A stretch of 64,000 nt of DNA from Oscillospiraceae bacterium (GTDB lineage Bacteria; Bacillota; Clostridia; Oscillospirales; CAG-272). Every line of letters begins with the position of its first letter. Position 1 is the stretch's first letter. Under the pieces are notes generated by a model. It ran no database searches and was not told where the DNA came from. It was given only the letters and a program-made list of their open reading frames with translations. The position numbers were made by a program, and so were the translations under genes. Positions 29,423 to 40,268 of the stretch are shown piece after piece. Location: the NCBI GenBank assembly GCA_015064445.1, contig SVSE01000001.1, positions 344,924-408,923 of the forward strand, in the 5' to 3' direction.

Positions 29423-30144
29423 ATAATCTCCTCCTTTTCAAGCACGGGTCCGTCCTTGCAGATACGCTTATTTCCATATTTTGTTTTACAGCTACAGCCC
29501 ATACAAGCCCCAAATCCACAGCCCATACGCTCCTCAAAGCTGAACTGTCCACTTGTTGTGCTTTTATTATATACAGCCTTGAGCATAGGCTCAGGACCAC
29601 AGGTGTAGAAGTATGTATAATCAACCATATCAAAGGCATCAGTTACAAAGCCCTTTACACCGTAGCTTCCGTCTGCTGTTGCAACAATAACGGTAGCGCC
29701 AAGAGCCTTGAATTTATCCTCGTAAAATACCTCCTCTGCTGAGTTAAAGCCGAGGATTACGCTTGGCTTTTTACCCTGTGCTACAAGCTCACGACAAAGC
29801 TTATACATAGGTGGCACGCCTGCGCCTCCACCTACAAGAAGTGGCTTATCTCCACTCTTTTCGGTATTATAGCCATTGCCAAGACCTGTAAGGGTTAAAA
29901 GCTGTGTGCCCTTTCCCATTTCAGCCATAGCCTCTGTACCTGCGCCTACAACCTTATAGATGATTGTAAGCCTATCGCCCTCCACATCGCAAACGGATAT
30001 AGGACGGCGAAGGTAGAAGCCATCAAGCTTTATATTTACGAACTGACCACATTTGATATCGGTGGTATCGCCAAGAAGCACCATTTCATAGGTGTTCTTA
30101 GCGATTTTCTTGTTTGTTTCGATTGTGAAAATTAAATCCTTCAT
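29416..30144 (-). CDS. pyrK: dihydroorotate dehydrogenase electron-transfer subunit
   Basis: FAD/NAD-binding domain plus C-terminal 2Fe-2S motif CGFGACMGCSC...ICKDGPV. Confidence 0.9.
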   Translation of the reverse strand: MKDLIFTIETNKKIAKNTYEMVLLGDTTDIKCGQFVNIKLDGFYLRRPISVCDVEGDRLTIIYKVVGAGTEAMAEMGKGTQLLTLTGLGNGYNTEKSGDKPLLVGGGAGVPPMYKLCRELVAQGKKPSVILGFNSAEEVFYEDKFKALGATVIVATADGSYGVKGFVTDAFDMVDYTYFYTCGPEPMLKAVYNKSTTSGQFSFEERMGCGFGACMGCSCKTKYGNKRICKDGPVLEKEEIIW

Positions 30145-30155
30145 TATTTCCTCAA

Positions 30156-33100
30156 TTAGGCGTCGATTGTTGAAATAGTAAGTGTGATTTCCTCAAGAAC
30201 ATCGAGAAGAATTCTTACTGTGTCAAGTGATGTAAAGAGAGATATATTGTTCTCTATTGCGAGGTGACGAATTTCGTATCCGTCCTTTTGAGTTGTACCT
30301 GCGTGTGAGCTTGCATCGCTTGTGTTAATTACATATGCGATATGTCCCTGACGCATTGTTTCAGGGATATCGGTTGAGCCATCGCCTATCTTCTTCTTTA
30401 CTCTTGTTCTAATTCCGTGCTCCTTCAAGAATCTTGCAGTTCCCTCGGTCGCCTCGATATTGAAGCCAAGGTTATAGAAGCGTCTTACAAGCTCGAGAGC
30501 CTCTTCCTTATCGTCGTCTGCAATTGTTGCAAGAACAGTACCATAGTTTTGAAGCTGCATTCCAGACGCCTGAAGAGCCTTATAGAAAGCTCTATTAAGA
30601 GTATCGTCATAGCCGATAGCCTCGCCTGTTGACTTCATTTCAGGGCTAAGGTACGCGTCTATACCGCTAATCTTCTTGTATGAGAATACAGGAACCTTGC
30701 AGTACCATCTCTTCTTTTCCTGTGGATAGAGGTCGAAAATTCCAAGCTCCTTAAGGGATTTGCCAAGGATTACCTCAGTTGCGATATCTGCAAGTGAGTA
30801 GCCTGTTGACTTAGAAAGGAATGGAACTGTTCTTGATGAACGAGGGTTAACCTCGATGATATATACATCGTCGTTTTGGTCTACGATAAACTGAATGTTG
30901 AAAAGACCTATAATGCCGATGCCAAGACCAAGCTTCTTTGAATAGGTAAGGATTTTGCCCTTAACCTTATCTGAAATTGAGAATGATGGGTATACGCTGA
31001 TTGAGTCACCACTGTGTACGCCTGTACGCTCTACAAGCTCCATAATACCAGCAACGAATACATCGCGTCCGTCACAAATTGCGTCAACCTCAACCTCTTT
31101 ACCCTTGATATAGTGGTCAACAAGAACTGGCTTATCAACATCAATTTCAACGGCTGTTTTGAGGTATTGACGAAGCTGTTTTTCGTTAGATACGAGCTGC
31201 ATTGCGCGTCCACCAAGAACGAATGAAGGACGAACAAGCACAGGATATCCAACCTCTTTTGCAACTCTTACACCATCCTCGATATTGGTAACAGCCTGTC
31301 CTTTTGGTTGTGGAATATCAAGCTCCTCAAGGATTTTTTCGAAGGAATCACGGTTTTCTGCTCTATCAATAGCGTCGCAATCAGTACCGATAAGCTTAAC
31401 TCCACGTGCTGCGAGAGGTGCTGCGAGGTTAATTGCAGTTTGTCCACCGAGAGATGCGATTACTCCGTCAGGCTTTTCAAAGTCGATAACCTCCATTACA
31501 TCCTCAACTGTAAGTGGCTCAAAGTAGAGCTTATCAGAGGTTGTATAGTCGGTTGAAACTGTTTCAGGGTTATTATTAATGATAATTGCCTCGTAGCCAG
31601 ACTCCTTAATGGTCTTTACTGCGTGAACTGTTGAATAGTCGAATTCAACGCCCTGACCGATACGGATAGGTCCAGCACCAAGAACGATTATTTTCTTTCT
31701 ATCTGTATGGATTGACTTATTCTCGCCCTCGTGTGAGGAATAGAAGTAAGGAATGTAAGCGCCAACATGAGCTGTGTCAACCATTTTGAACACAGGAACA
31801 ATTCCGTTCTCGTGACGAAGGTTATAAACCTCAAGCTCGCTTGTATTCCAAAGCTTTGCGATGAACTTGTCTGCAAAGCCCATCTTCTTTGCCTCTGTAA
31901 GAGTCTTTGTATCTTTTACATTAGCAGAAAGCTTCTTTTCCATATTAACGATTTTCTCAACGGATTCGAGGAAGTATGAGGTTATCATAGTTACCTCGTG
32001 AAGCTTCTCTACTGATACGCCAAGACGAAGAAGCTGTGCAATACCAAAGATGTTATCATCGTGGAATTCTGCGATATAGTCAAGGATCTGAGCCTCGCTC
32101 CAGTCATCGAATTTAGCCATATGAAGGTGGCAAACACCGATTTCGAGTGAGCGAGCTGATTTGAGAAGACATTCCTCGAGGTTAGAGCCGATGCCCATAC
32201 ACTCGCCTGTTGCCTTCATCTGTGTTCCAAGCTTATTTGGAACTGTTGTAAACTTATCGAATGGGAAGCGTGGGAACTTAGCTACTACATAGTCAAGCTT
32301 TGGCTCAAAGGACGCCTTTGTTCCTGCAACCTCAATTTCATCAAGAGTCATGCCTACTGCAATTTTTGCTGTTACTCTTGCGATAGGATATCCACTTGCC
32401 TTTGATGCAAGCGCTGATGAACGGCTAACACGAGGGTTAACCTCGATAAGATAATATTCACTTGTTGCTGGGTTGAGTGCGAACTGTACATTACAGCCAC
32501 CTTCAATTTTAAGTGCCTTGATAAGCTTAATAGCGCTATCGTTGAGCATCTTAAGGTCGTGATCGTTAAGAGTCATAATAGGAGCTACAACGATTGAGTC
32601 GCCTGTATGAACACCAACTGGGTCGATGTTTTCCATACCACAAATTGTGATTGCGTTATCTGCGCCATCACGCATAACCTCAAATTCGATTTCCTTAAAG
32701 CCTCTTACGCTCTTTTCAACGAGAACCTGATGAACAGGAGATGCGTCAAGCGCGCCCTGTGCAAGCTCTACATACTCTTCCATATTGTATGCAAATCCTC
32801 CGCCTGTTCCACCGAGAGTGAATGCAGGACGAAGAACTACTGGGAAGCCGATTTTTTCAATCGCGCTCATAGCCTCTTCCATATTGTTAGCGATCTCGGA
32901 AGGAATTACAGGCTCTCCGATTGACTCGCAAAGCTCCTTGAAGAGCTCTCTGTCCTCAGCTCTTTCAATACTGCGTCCGCTTGTACCGAGAAGCTCTACT
33001 CCGCTTTCCTTAAGAACGCCCTTCTTCTCAAGAAGCATAGCCATATTAAGACCTGTCTGTCCACCGATACCTGGTACGATTGCATCAGGACGCTCATGTC

Positions 33101-33335
33101 TGATGATCTTTGCTACATATTCAAGTGTAAGTGGCTCCATATAAACCTTATCAGCGATAACTGTATCGGTCATAATTGTAGCTGGGTTGGAGTTAACAAG
33201 GATAACCTCATAGCCCTCTTCTTTAAGTGCAAGACAAGCCTGTGTGCCTGCATAGTCAAATTCTGCTGCTTGTCCTATTACAATAGGGCCTGAGCCGATA
33301 ATCATTACTCTTTTTATGTCTTTTCTCTTTGCCAT
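30156..33335 (-). CDS. carB: carbamoyl-phosphate synthase large subunit
   Basis: Duplicated ATP-grasp halves (IGSGPIVIGQAAEFDYAGTQA and LGAGPIRIGQGVEFDYSTVHA), MGS-like C-terminus, 1059 aa. Confidence 0.95.
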   Translation of the reverse strand: MAKRKDIKRVMIIGSGPIVIGQAAEFDYAGTQACLALKEEGYEVILVNSNPATIMTDTVIADKVYMEPLTLEYVAKIIRHERPDAIVPGIGGQTGLNMAMLLEKKGVLKESGVELLGTSGRSIERAEDRELFKELCESIGEPVIPSEIANNMEEAMSAIEKIGFPVVLRPAFTLGGTGGGFAYNMEEYVELAQGALDASPVHQVLVEKSVRGFKEIEFEVMRDGADNAITICGMENIDPVGVHTGDSIVVAPIMTLNDHDLKMLNDSAIKLIKALKIEGGCNVQFALNPATSEYYLIEVNPRVSRSSALASKASGYPIARVTAKIAVGMTLDEIEVAGTKASFEPKLDYVVAKFPRFPFDKFTTVPNKLGTQMKATGECMGIGSNLEECLLKSARSLEIGVCHLHMAKFDDWSEAQILDYIAEFHDDNIFGIAQLLRLGVSVEKLHEVTMITSYFLESVEKIVNMEKKLSANVKDTKTLTEAKKMGFADKFIAKLWNTSELEVYNLRHENGIVPVFKMVDTAHVGAYIPYFYSSHEGENKSIHTDRKKIIVLGAGPIRIGQGVEFDYSTVHAVKTIKESGYEAIIINNNPETVSTDYTTSDKLYFEPLTVEDVMEVIDFEKPDGVIASLGGQTAINLAAPLAARGVKLIGTDCDAIDRAENRDSFEKILEELDIPQPKGQAVTNIEDGVRVAKEVGYPVLVRPSFVLGGRAMQLVSNEKQLRQYLKTAVEIDVDKPVLVDHYIKGKEVEVDAICDGRDVFVAGIMELVERTGVHSGDSISVYPSFSISDKVKGKILTYSKKLGLGIGIIGLFNIQFIVDQNDDVYIIEVNPRSSRTVPFLSKSTGYSLADIATEVILGKSLKELGIFDLYPQEKKRWYCKVPVFSYKKISGIDAYLSPEMKSTGEAIGYDDTLNRAFYKALQASGMQLQNYGTVLATIADDDKEEALELVRRFYNLGFNIEATEGTARFLKEHGIRTRVKKKIGDGSTDIPETMRQGHIAYVINTSDASSHAGTTQKDGYEIRHLAIENNISLFTSLDTVRILLDVLEEITLTISTIDA

Positions 33336-33349
33336 CTTTGTTCTCTCCT

Positions 33350-34525
33350 TTATCTTACTATTATTTTATTATCAATGTAAATTAATTTTCCGTCACACAC
33401 GGTTGCAAGGCATTTTCCAAAAACCATTTCGCCTGCGTATGGTGTGGAGCGTCCCATTGTCTTAAAGGACGACGGATCTATTGCATACTGCTCATCAAGC
33501 GAGTATACTGTATAACCATTTGGCTCTATACCGAGTCTTGCGTAAGGGTTAACAGACATAAGCTCAATTAGCTTTTCAAGTGAGATTATACCCTCCTTAA
33601 CGAGCCTTGTGTAAAGAACTGGGAATGCACATTCAAGTCCCACAATTCCGTTAAGACTCTTTAAGCCCTTGCTCTTTTCCTCAGCAGAGTGAGGCGCGTG
33701 ATCAGTTGCGATCATATCAATCGTTCCATCACAAAGTCCCTCAATGAGCGCAAGCCTGTCCTCCTCCTCGCGAAGAGGTGGATTCATTCTAAAGCCTCCC
33801 TCATCCCTTATAACTTTTTGGGAGAGTGTGAGGTAGTGAGGTGCAGTTTCGCAGGTGATATTTACACCACTCTTCTTTGCCTCTCGTATAAGCGCCACGC
33901 TTTCCTTTGTTGATATATGGCAAACATGATATTTACACTTTATATCATCGACAAGCCTTATATCTCTTTCGATTTGCTTCCATTCAGCCTCGGGCGAGTC
34001 CTTGATTTGTGTTCCGTCCTCGCAATGTGCGCTGATGAGCTTATCAAGAGCCTTAGCCCTTTGCATTGCCTCCTTCATAAGTGAGGAGTTATCAACGCCT
34101 CGTCCATCATCGGAATAGCCACAAACAAATGGCGCCATCGCTTCAAGGTCTGAGAGCTCCTTGCCATTCTGTCCTGTGGTAATGCTACCAAATGGTAAAA
34201 TTCTGATTTCTGAATCTCTCTTTATAATGTCAAGCTGTACATTGAGATTTTCAAGATTATCAGGGACTGGATTTAGATTAGGCATTGTGCACACGGTTGT
34301 GTAGCCTGCGTGCTTTGACGCCTCGCTTCCTGTCTTTATGGTTTCCTTATAAGAAAAACCCGGTTCACGAAAATGCACATGCAAATCAGCGAAACCGGGA
34401 ATTATCAAATATTTAGATGAGTCGATAAAAAGACTGTCAAAAGAAGTGGTATGAGCCTTGAGCTCTCCACCCTGTACGAGCTTTCCTTTATTAAAAAAAG
34501 TAGCACCGGAAAACACAGCGTTCAT
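33350..34525 (-). CDS. pyrC: dihydroorotase
   Basis: Metal ligands DLHVHFREPG and ATDHAPH. Confidence 0.9.
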   Translation of the reverse strand: MNAVFSGATFFNKGKLVQGGELKAHTTSFDSLFIDSSKYLIIPGFADLHVHFREPGFSYKETIKTGSEASKHAGYTTVCTMPNLNPVPDNLENLNVQLDIIKRDSEIRILPFGSITTGQNGKELSDLEAMAPFVCGYSDDGRGVDNSSLMKEAMQRAKALDKLISAHCEDGTQIKDSPEAEWKQIERDIRLVDDIKCKYHVCHISTKESVALIREAKKSGVNITCETAPHYLTLSQKVIRDEGGFRMNPPLREEEDRLALIEGLCDGTIDMIATDHAPHSAEEKSKGLKSLNGIVGLECAFPVLYTRLVKEGIISLEKLIELMSVNPYARLGIEPNGYTVYSLDEQYAIDPSSFKTMGRSTPYAGEMVFGKCLATVCDGKLIYIDNKIIVR

Positions 34526-34686
34526 TATCGAATCCTCCTTTGCTACAATTTTTTCTTGAATATAGTATCACAACTATTTTAAATTGTCAATACCTAAATT
34601 GAAATTTTTTTAGTTTTTTATTAAGCTGATTTATACTGTATTATATTTTATCATATAATCTTAATATTGTCAATAATTAAAATTAA

Positions 34687-34716
34687 TAAAAGGCGACTTT
34701 TTTGGTCGCCTTTTTT
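34687..34716 (-). terminator. terminator downstream of the ClC gene
   Basis: GGCGAC-loop-GTCGCC hairpin with flanking A-run and T-run. Confidence 0.6.
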
Positions 34717-34741
34717 GCGAATATTTCCAAGGGAATTAGAT

Positions 34742-36337
34742 TTAGATTACATCCGCCTCGGTAGAATTGATTTTTTGCTCTCCTACTATTGCCAAAAGCT
34801 CCTCCGTTGTCGACTCCTCGTCATAGGTTGAATAGCGGACATGGAGAGTATCTCCCTCCCTTATTGCCTTTCCACCGTGCTCGTCAAGCTCTGCGCTTTT
34901 AGTTTCATCGTGCTTTAAGGATAACACGAAAAGGTTATTTGGCCAAAAGATATCTCTTATTTGCTTACCTATTGCGAACGCTCCTCTTTGGACGACAACA
35001 AAGGTATCGATTACCTTTGGAGTTTTACCCTCGTTTTGCTCCTCTGCTCTCGTATCAAGCACGCTATCGTTAATAGACTTCACTCCGAAGATTTCAGTTA
35101 TAATAAACGCAAGCGCCGAAGCGACGATAACGTAAAGAATGTTCTCGTAGCACGAAAGTGCCTCAACGGCAAAGAAAATTGCTGTAAGCGGTGTTTTCAT
35201 CATACTTGAAATACACGCGGTAATTCCCAAAATAAGTATTATTTCGTAATACTCCTGATTAAATCCAAAAAGTGCCTGTGCGCCCTTTCCCAAAAGAGAC
35301 GACAAAAGTGTGCCGAGTGCCAAAATCGGGAGAAAAATTCCGCCGGTTATACTGCTTGAATTTGCGCAAAGAGTCAGCACGGAACGAAACAGCAAAATCA
35401 AAACAAGCATATATACCGCAATGCTTCCCTCAAACAGCTCCATTATCAGCTCGTGTCCCGTTGATATAAAGGAAAACGAAATGAGTCCAAGGATCAGCGT
35501 AACGGTGAAAATCGCGAATATCTTATACTGATGTGGGATTTTCTTTAGCTTTTTGTTCAAAAATCCGTTTATGATACGATAAAGCCTTAAAAACAAAACC
35601 GCAAAAATACCGATTACAATTCCCAAAGCTATCGGTATCCATATATCCTTCATTGACAAGGATACAAGGCTCATATTTGGAAACAGGGTGATTCTCAAAT
35701 TAAATATAGGTGCAAGAATTTCGGTCGTAATTCTCGAAAACATAACCGACACGCAGGAAACGATTATTATCATAGGAGAAATGCGCTGATGCGCCTCCTC
35801 GATTGCAAACATAATTCCCGAAATCGGTGCACCCGTTGCACACGAAAAGCCCGCGCAAGCACCGCCCGTCATTGAATATCTGTCCCAAGCCTTATGCTTT
35901 TTTGCAAAGGAAAAAACCGTTCCGCGACCTATTGCGGTACCCATTTGAACCGACGGTCCCTCGTTACCGAGGGGAACTCCAATTAAAAAGGTCGTCATTG
36001 AAAGGAAAAAGGTTCCTATAAGATTACGAAGCCACTTGAAGGTGATTATTCCTCTCAAAATACCGATAGAGGTAGGAATTCCTCCGCCTCGCAAATTTGG
36101 AATTTTTTTATAAATAAAAGCATAAAGAAATGCGATTCCAAGCAGTGCTACGAGCAGAACAGGTACAAGATACAGATGCTCTCTTAAAAAATCATAGCCC
36201 TTTTCGGAAAATTCGATTATATGCGCTGCACACAGCTTATAGAGAGTTACTATTACCGCTGTGAATATTCCCGTAATAGAACCAAACACAAATGCAGGAC
36301 ATATTAAATTTATAAAGTAATTTTTAAACCTTTTCAT
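34742..36337 (-). CDS. ClC-family chloride channel / H+-Cl- antiporter with C-terminal TrkA-C (RCK_C) domain
   Basis: Selectivity motifs GGGIPTS, GNEGPSVQMG, GGIFLPIL. C-terminal soluble domain (GKQIRDI...GDTLHVRY). Confidence 0.85.
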   Translation of the reverse strand: MKRFKNYFINLICPAFVFGSITGIFTAVIVTLYKLCAAHIIEFSEKGYDFLREHLYLVPVLLVALLGIAFLYAFIYKKIPNLRGGGIPTSIGILRGIITFKWLRNLIGTFFLSMTTFLIGVPLGNEGPSVQMGTAIGRGTVFSFAKKHKAWDRYSMTGGACAGFSCATGAPISGIMFAIEEAHQRISPMIIIVSCVSVMFSRITTEILAPIFNLRITLFPNMSLVSLSMKDIWIPIALGIVIGIFAVLFLRLYRIINGFLNKKLKKIPHQYKIFAIFTVTLILGLISFSFISTGHELIMELFEGSIAVYMLVLILLFRSVLTLCANSSSITGGIFLPILALGTLLSSLLGKGAQALFGFNQEYYEIILILGITACISSMMKTPLTAIFFAVEALSCYENILYVIVASALAFIITEIFGVKSINDSVLDTRAEEQNEGKTPKVIDTFVVVQRGAFAIGKQIRDIFWPNNLFVLSLKHDETKSAELDEHGGKAIREGDTLHVRYSTYDEESTTEELLAIVGEQKINSTEADVI

Positions 36338-36413
36338 TTCTCATCCTACTTTTATGAATTTATATGTTATATTATAGCACAATATAACAAGAAAATCAAT
36401 ACTTATTTAAAGC

Positions 36414-36441
36414 AAAAGTCCGACACAGGGTCGGACTTTTT
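36414..36441 (-). terminator. terminator of purC
   Basis: GTCCGAC-ACAGG-GTCGGAC hairpin with A-run and T-run. Confidence 0.7.
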
Positions 36442-36446
36442 GTATT

Positions 36447-37145
36447 TTATCTATTAAGAATAAGCTTTGTAAGCTCAACAGGATCTACAATCTTGCCATC
36501 CTTATAAACACGCATATTTCCAGATGCGATTTCATCGATAAGAATTACCTCGCCATTGTTGTAGCCAAACTCAAACTTGATGTCCCAAAGGTCAAGACCG
36601 ATTGTCTTAAGGTCGTCTGCTACTATCTTTGTGATAGCGAGAGTCTGAGCCTTCATGCTCTCAAACATTTCGGCAGTCATAACCTTAAGAGCTACAAGTC
36701 CCTCGCCTGTTACAAGTGGATCTCCCTTTGCGTCATTCTTAAATGTGCACTCAACATAGCCACCCTCAAGAGGTGTACCATCCTTAATGTACTCGCCATA
36801 TCTACGGATAAAGCTACCTGTTGCAACAAGACGACAAATAACCTCAAGACCGTTTCCACCGAGGTCCTTACCAAAGCACTCTGCAGGAAGAACTTCCATC
36901 ATAGCGTTATCAACATCAGCACTTACATAATGTGTCTTGATGCCTGCCTTTTTAAGCAAATCAAAATAGTAAACAGATGTTCTAAGATTAGCCTTACCAA
37001 TGCCCTCAATTGTAAGTCCAACAGAGTTTTCACCTGGATCAAAAACTCCGTCCTTACCTGTGCAATCATCCTTGAACTTGAGCATTACATTGCCATTTTC
37101 AAGCTGGTAAACATCCTTGGTTTTTCCTACATAAGTCAATTTCAT
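36447..37145 (-). CDS. purC: phosphoribosylaminoimidazole-succinocarboxamide (SAICAR) synthase
   Basis: [32 protein letters not shown] motifs. Stand-alone, not in a pur operon. Confidence 0.9.
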   Translation of the reverse strand: MKLTYVGKTKDVYQLENGNVMLKFKDDCTGKDGVFDPGENSVGLTIEGIGKANLRTSVYYFDLLKKAGIKTHYVSADVDNAMMEVLPAECFGKDLGGNGLEVICRLVATGSFIRRYGEYIKDGTPLEGGYVECTFKNDAKGDPLVTGEGLVALKVMTAEMFESMKAQTLAITKIVADDLKTIGLDLWDIKFEFGYNNGEVILIDEIASGNMRVYKDGKIVDPVELTKLILNR

Positions 37146-37278
37146 AAAAAATACCTCGTTTTTTAAACAAATTTATTAACAAAAATATAATATCACATTT
37201 ATTTGCAAAATTCAATATTTTTCTTTCATAAAAATTAAAAAAATTTATCGAATTTCAAGACCTATTTTTGTGCAATTT

Positions 37279-38550
37279 TTAATCGATAAAAAAGGCTTTT
37301 ATTTCCTTTATCTCATACGGCTTATCAAATTCGGTTATTTCAAGCTCAAATTTTGAAGCGCGCACGGCAGGAATTCTACAAAGCTTTCTATGACCTATTG
37401 TGCGTCCCTCGAAAACAAGCACCTTTTTGTGCTTATAGTAAGGCAAATACGCATAAATTTTAAAAGCACTGACAGCCTGTCCGTTTGTCAAATCCTCTTT
37501 TATAGACAAGCAATTTACGAGTCTTTCCTCTTTTGGAATGCTCCAATCAACGTCATTTATCTCATTATGAGTAATGGTATAGACGTCATTGTTCTTTTGA
37601 GGAGCGCTATAATTTCTTTCAGAGGAATAAAGCTCTCTTATTCTCTGCCCAAGCTCCAAAAGTCTATCAGAGTCAGCCTTGCACAAAAGTCCGTGATTGT
37701 CAGGTCCTACGTTTATCAAAAAGTTAGAGCCGTTACCAACCGATGCCTCGTACATTCCAAAAAGCTCATCAACGGTTTTGATGGTTTCGGCATTGTTGTC
37801 GTAGAACCAAGTGTCTCTTATTTTGCAATCACACTCCGACGGCAAAAACATTGCTTGACTAAGCGTTTGCTCTTCCTTTGAAAGCTCGGAAAAATCGGTT
37901 TTTGATACAACTAACGGATTATTAAGAGATGCATATCCGTCCTCGTTACCTATCCAACGCACACCCGGCGACCATTCGGGATCGCAAAACGTCAAAATTT
38001 CCGGTTGCATTTCGGCAATTGCGTTAATTATTCTTGCATGGTCATATTCGTGCCCCTCAGAGCCGCATCCGTCAAACCATAAATAGTCGATTTTTCCGTA
38101 TTCCGTAAGAAGCTCTCCTATTTGATTTATAAAATAATCGTCATATTCTCTTGCCGAGCTAAAAGGAATTGCGTGAGAGCCCCACTGTGCCGGCGAATAG
38201 TAAAGTCCTACCTTCAAGCCATATTCACGGCAGGCATTCACAAACTCGCGTACAACGTCGCCCTTTCCATCCTTCCAAGGTGTATTAGCTACACTATATT
38301 TAGAATATTGTGATGGCCATACGGCAAATCCGTCGTGGTGCTTACAGGTTAATATTGCATAGGTTGCGCCTGCTTCCTTTGCAATTTTTATCCACTGCTT
38401 GCAATCGAGTGAGTCGGGATTGAAGCCCTCGGCAGGCATTTCAATTCCGTCCCAATCCTTATGTCCGGGATAAAATGAGCGTATTCCAAAATGGAAAAAT
38501 ACACCAAATTCCCAATCAAGATAGTCTATTTGTCTTTTATATTCGTTCAT
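37279..38550 (-). CDS. alpha-L-fucosidase (GH29)
   Basis: FGVFFHFG, TCKHHDGFAVWPS, DYLWFDG motifs. No signal peptide seen. Confidence 0.85.
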   Translation of the reverse strand: MNEYKRQIDYLDWEFGVFFHFGIRSFYPGHKDWDGIEMPAEGFNPDSLDCKQWIKIAKEAGATYAILTCKHHDGFAVWPSQYSKYSVANTPWKDGKGDVVREFVNACREYGLKVGLYYSPAQWGSHAIPFSSAREYDDYFINQIGELLTEYGKIDYLWFDGCGSEGHEYDHARIINAIAEMQPEILTFCDPEWSPGVRWIGNEDGYASLNNPLVVSKTDFSELSKEEQTLSQAMFLPSECDCKIRDTWFYDNNAETIKTVDELFGMYEASVGNGSNFLINVGPDNHGLLCKADSDRLLELGQRIRELYSSERNYSAPQKNNDVYTITHNEINDVDWSIPKEERLVNCLSIKEDLTNGQAVSAFKIYAYLPYYKHKKVLVFEGRTIGHRKLCRIPAVRASKFELEITEFDKPYEIKEIKAFFID

Positions 38551-38552
38551 AA

Positions 38553-39377
38553 TTACATCGTTTTTTGATATTCATTAATGTTTTGGTTTGTGTTATAGTT
38601 TGGCATATCAGGAGTAATTCCTGCAAGCCCTTGAACTATATGATACGCTTCTCTGTGCAATTTATCAACAGCCTCGGCTGTTGATAGTGATTTGTCTGGG
38701 AAAATAGGCTCTCCAATAGTGAGGCGCGCAAGAGGCGCCTTGCCAAAAAGCCTTTGAAAGCGATTGCGTGGTTTAAAGGAATACGCCAAAGGAATAATTG
38801 GCTTGTCGTATCTTACGGCAAGCTTAAAAACAGCGTTTTTAAATGGTCTTATATCTGGATAATAGAACCACATTGATCCCTCTGGAAAGAAGTGAATCCA
38901 CTTATCCTCCTCGGCTGTTTCTCTTAACTCCTTATTAAACTTTACCATTGCTCTTACATTGTCAGTTGGAATAGGCATTCCACCAACAAATCGAATAAGT
39001 GGTCCGTTTGGTCCTTCAAAGTTTGTTTTCCAAGCAGGAAAATAAGGAAGCCTTGGACGAAGCGCCTTCATAACTCCTATGTAATCCCACATAAAAACAT
39101 GGTTACAAATAGTTATTGCTCCATTTTTGAAGTCTTTTTTATGCTTTCTTAGGTTTTTTCTGCCTTTAATTCGAAGTCCGTGAGTTATACGCAAAAGTGG
39201 GAAAATTATCAGTGTCAGTGCGACCTGAAGCACTGCTCTTTTTATTTTGAGCCAAAGTCCTCTTTCGCGATATTGATAATTCTCGTCAAAGTGTGTATCT
39301 CTTAGGTGCTTGACAGTAATCATATGCTCATCGCTACGGGCAGGATATTCATATGCTAAATTGTGTCTATAATACAT
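38553..39377 (-). CDS. lysophospholipid (1-acyl-glycerol-3-phosphate-type) acyltransferase family protein
   Basis: NHVFMWD (HX4D) and FPEGS motifs, one TM. Confidence 0.8.
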   Translation of the reverse strand: MYYRHNLAYEYPARSDEHMITVKHLRDTHFDENYQYRERGLWLKIKRAVLQVALTLIIFPLLRITHGLRIKGRKNLRKHKKDFKNGAITICNHVFMWDYIGVMKALRPRLPYFPAWKTNFEGPNGPLIRFVGGMPIPTDNVRAMVKFNKELRETAEEDKWIHFFPEGSMWFYYPDIRPFKNAVFKLAVRYDKPIIPLAYSFKPRNRFQRLFGKAPLARLTIGEPIFPDKSLSTAEAVDKLHREAYHIVQGLAGITPDMPNYNTNQNINEYQKTM

Positions 39378-39383
39378 AAAACC

Positions 39384-40184
39384 TCATTTAGTTTTTAATA
39401 TTTTTAGAATTTCCTCAGCGCTATCCATTACGTAATCAGGCTTTTCGTTTGATGCATCGAGAATTTCCTTTGTGGTTTCTCCACTCATTACCAAAATGGT
39501 AGTAACGCCTGCATTAATTCCACTTTTTATATCAGTATAAATTCTATCGCCTATAACAGCTGTTTCTTTCTTTGTATACCCTGCTTTATCCATAGCAAGA
39601 ATAGGCATAAGTGGCTCTGGCTTGCCGATAAAAATCGGTCTGCGTCCCGAAACATTGTAAAGCATGTCGCATACACTGCCACAGTCAGGCACGCTTCCAA
39701 ATTCGGTTGGACAAACATAATCAGGATTAGTAGCGATATATGGAATGTTTGGTCTTGTAAGGAGTAATTTAGACACATCATGAAGCTTTTTAAAGGTAAG
39801 CTCGGTGTCGAAGCCCATTACAATAAGGTCAGTTTCGTCGAGATTTTCAGTTGTTTTGAAGCCATTAGATGCAAGCTCTTCTTTGAGTGATTCTGTTCCA
39901 CAAACATAGAGCGTTGTGTTATTATGATGCTTTTTAAGATAGTAGGCAGTTGCCTGTGAGGATGTAATAAAATCATCATAATTTGATTTTATACCAAGCT
40001 TGTCAAGCTTTTTAATGTAATCAGCAACGCTTTTTGAAGAGTTGTTGGTCATAAACATATACTTGCCACCATTCTCCCTAATCGTCGCTAAAAGCTCCTT
40101 TGTGAAGTCGTAAAGCCTATCGCCCAAATATAGAGTTCCATCCATATCGAACAAAAATAGTCTTATTTCCTTTATTTTATTCAT
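39384..40184 (-). CDS. HAD-IIA family sugar-phosphatase (NagD-like)
   Basis: FLFDMDGTLY, MTNNSSKS, GDRIYTDI motifs. Confidence 0.8.
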   Translation of the reverse strand: MNKIKEIRLFLFDMDGTLYLGDRLYDFTKELLATIRENGGKYMFMTNNSSKSVADYIKKLDKLGIKSNYDDFITSSQATAYYLKKHHNNTTLYVCGTESLKEELASNGFKTTENLDETDLIVMGFDTELTFKKLHDVSKLLLTRPNIPYIATNPDYVCPTEFGSVPDCGSVCDMLYNVSGRRPIFIGKPEPLMPILAMDKAGYTKKETAVIGDRIYTDIKSGINAGVTTILVMSGETTKEILDASNEKPDYVMDSAEEILKILKTK

Positions 40185-40242
40185 AATATCACCACCTTTT
40201 CTATTTTACCATAATATAGACATTCTTTCAATATAAAAAGAA

Positions 40243-40268
40243 AAAAAGACCTCATTTGAGGTCTTTTT
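40243..40268. repeat. 26-bp perfect palindrome (12-TT-12), terminator-like; copy 1
   Basis: AAAAAGACCTCA-TT-TGAGGTCTTTTT. Overlaps the stop of ORF 40252-40773. Confidence 0.7.
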
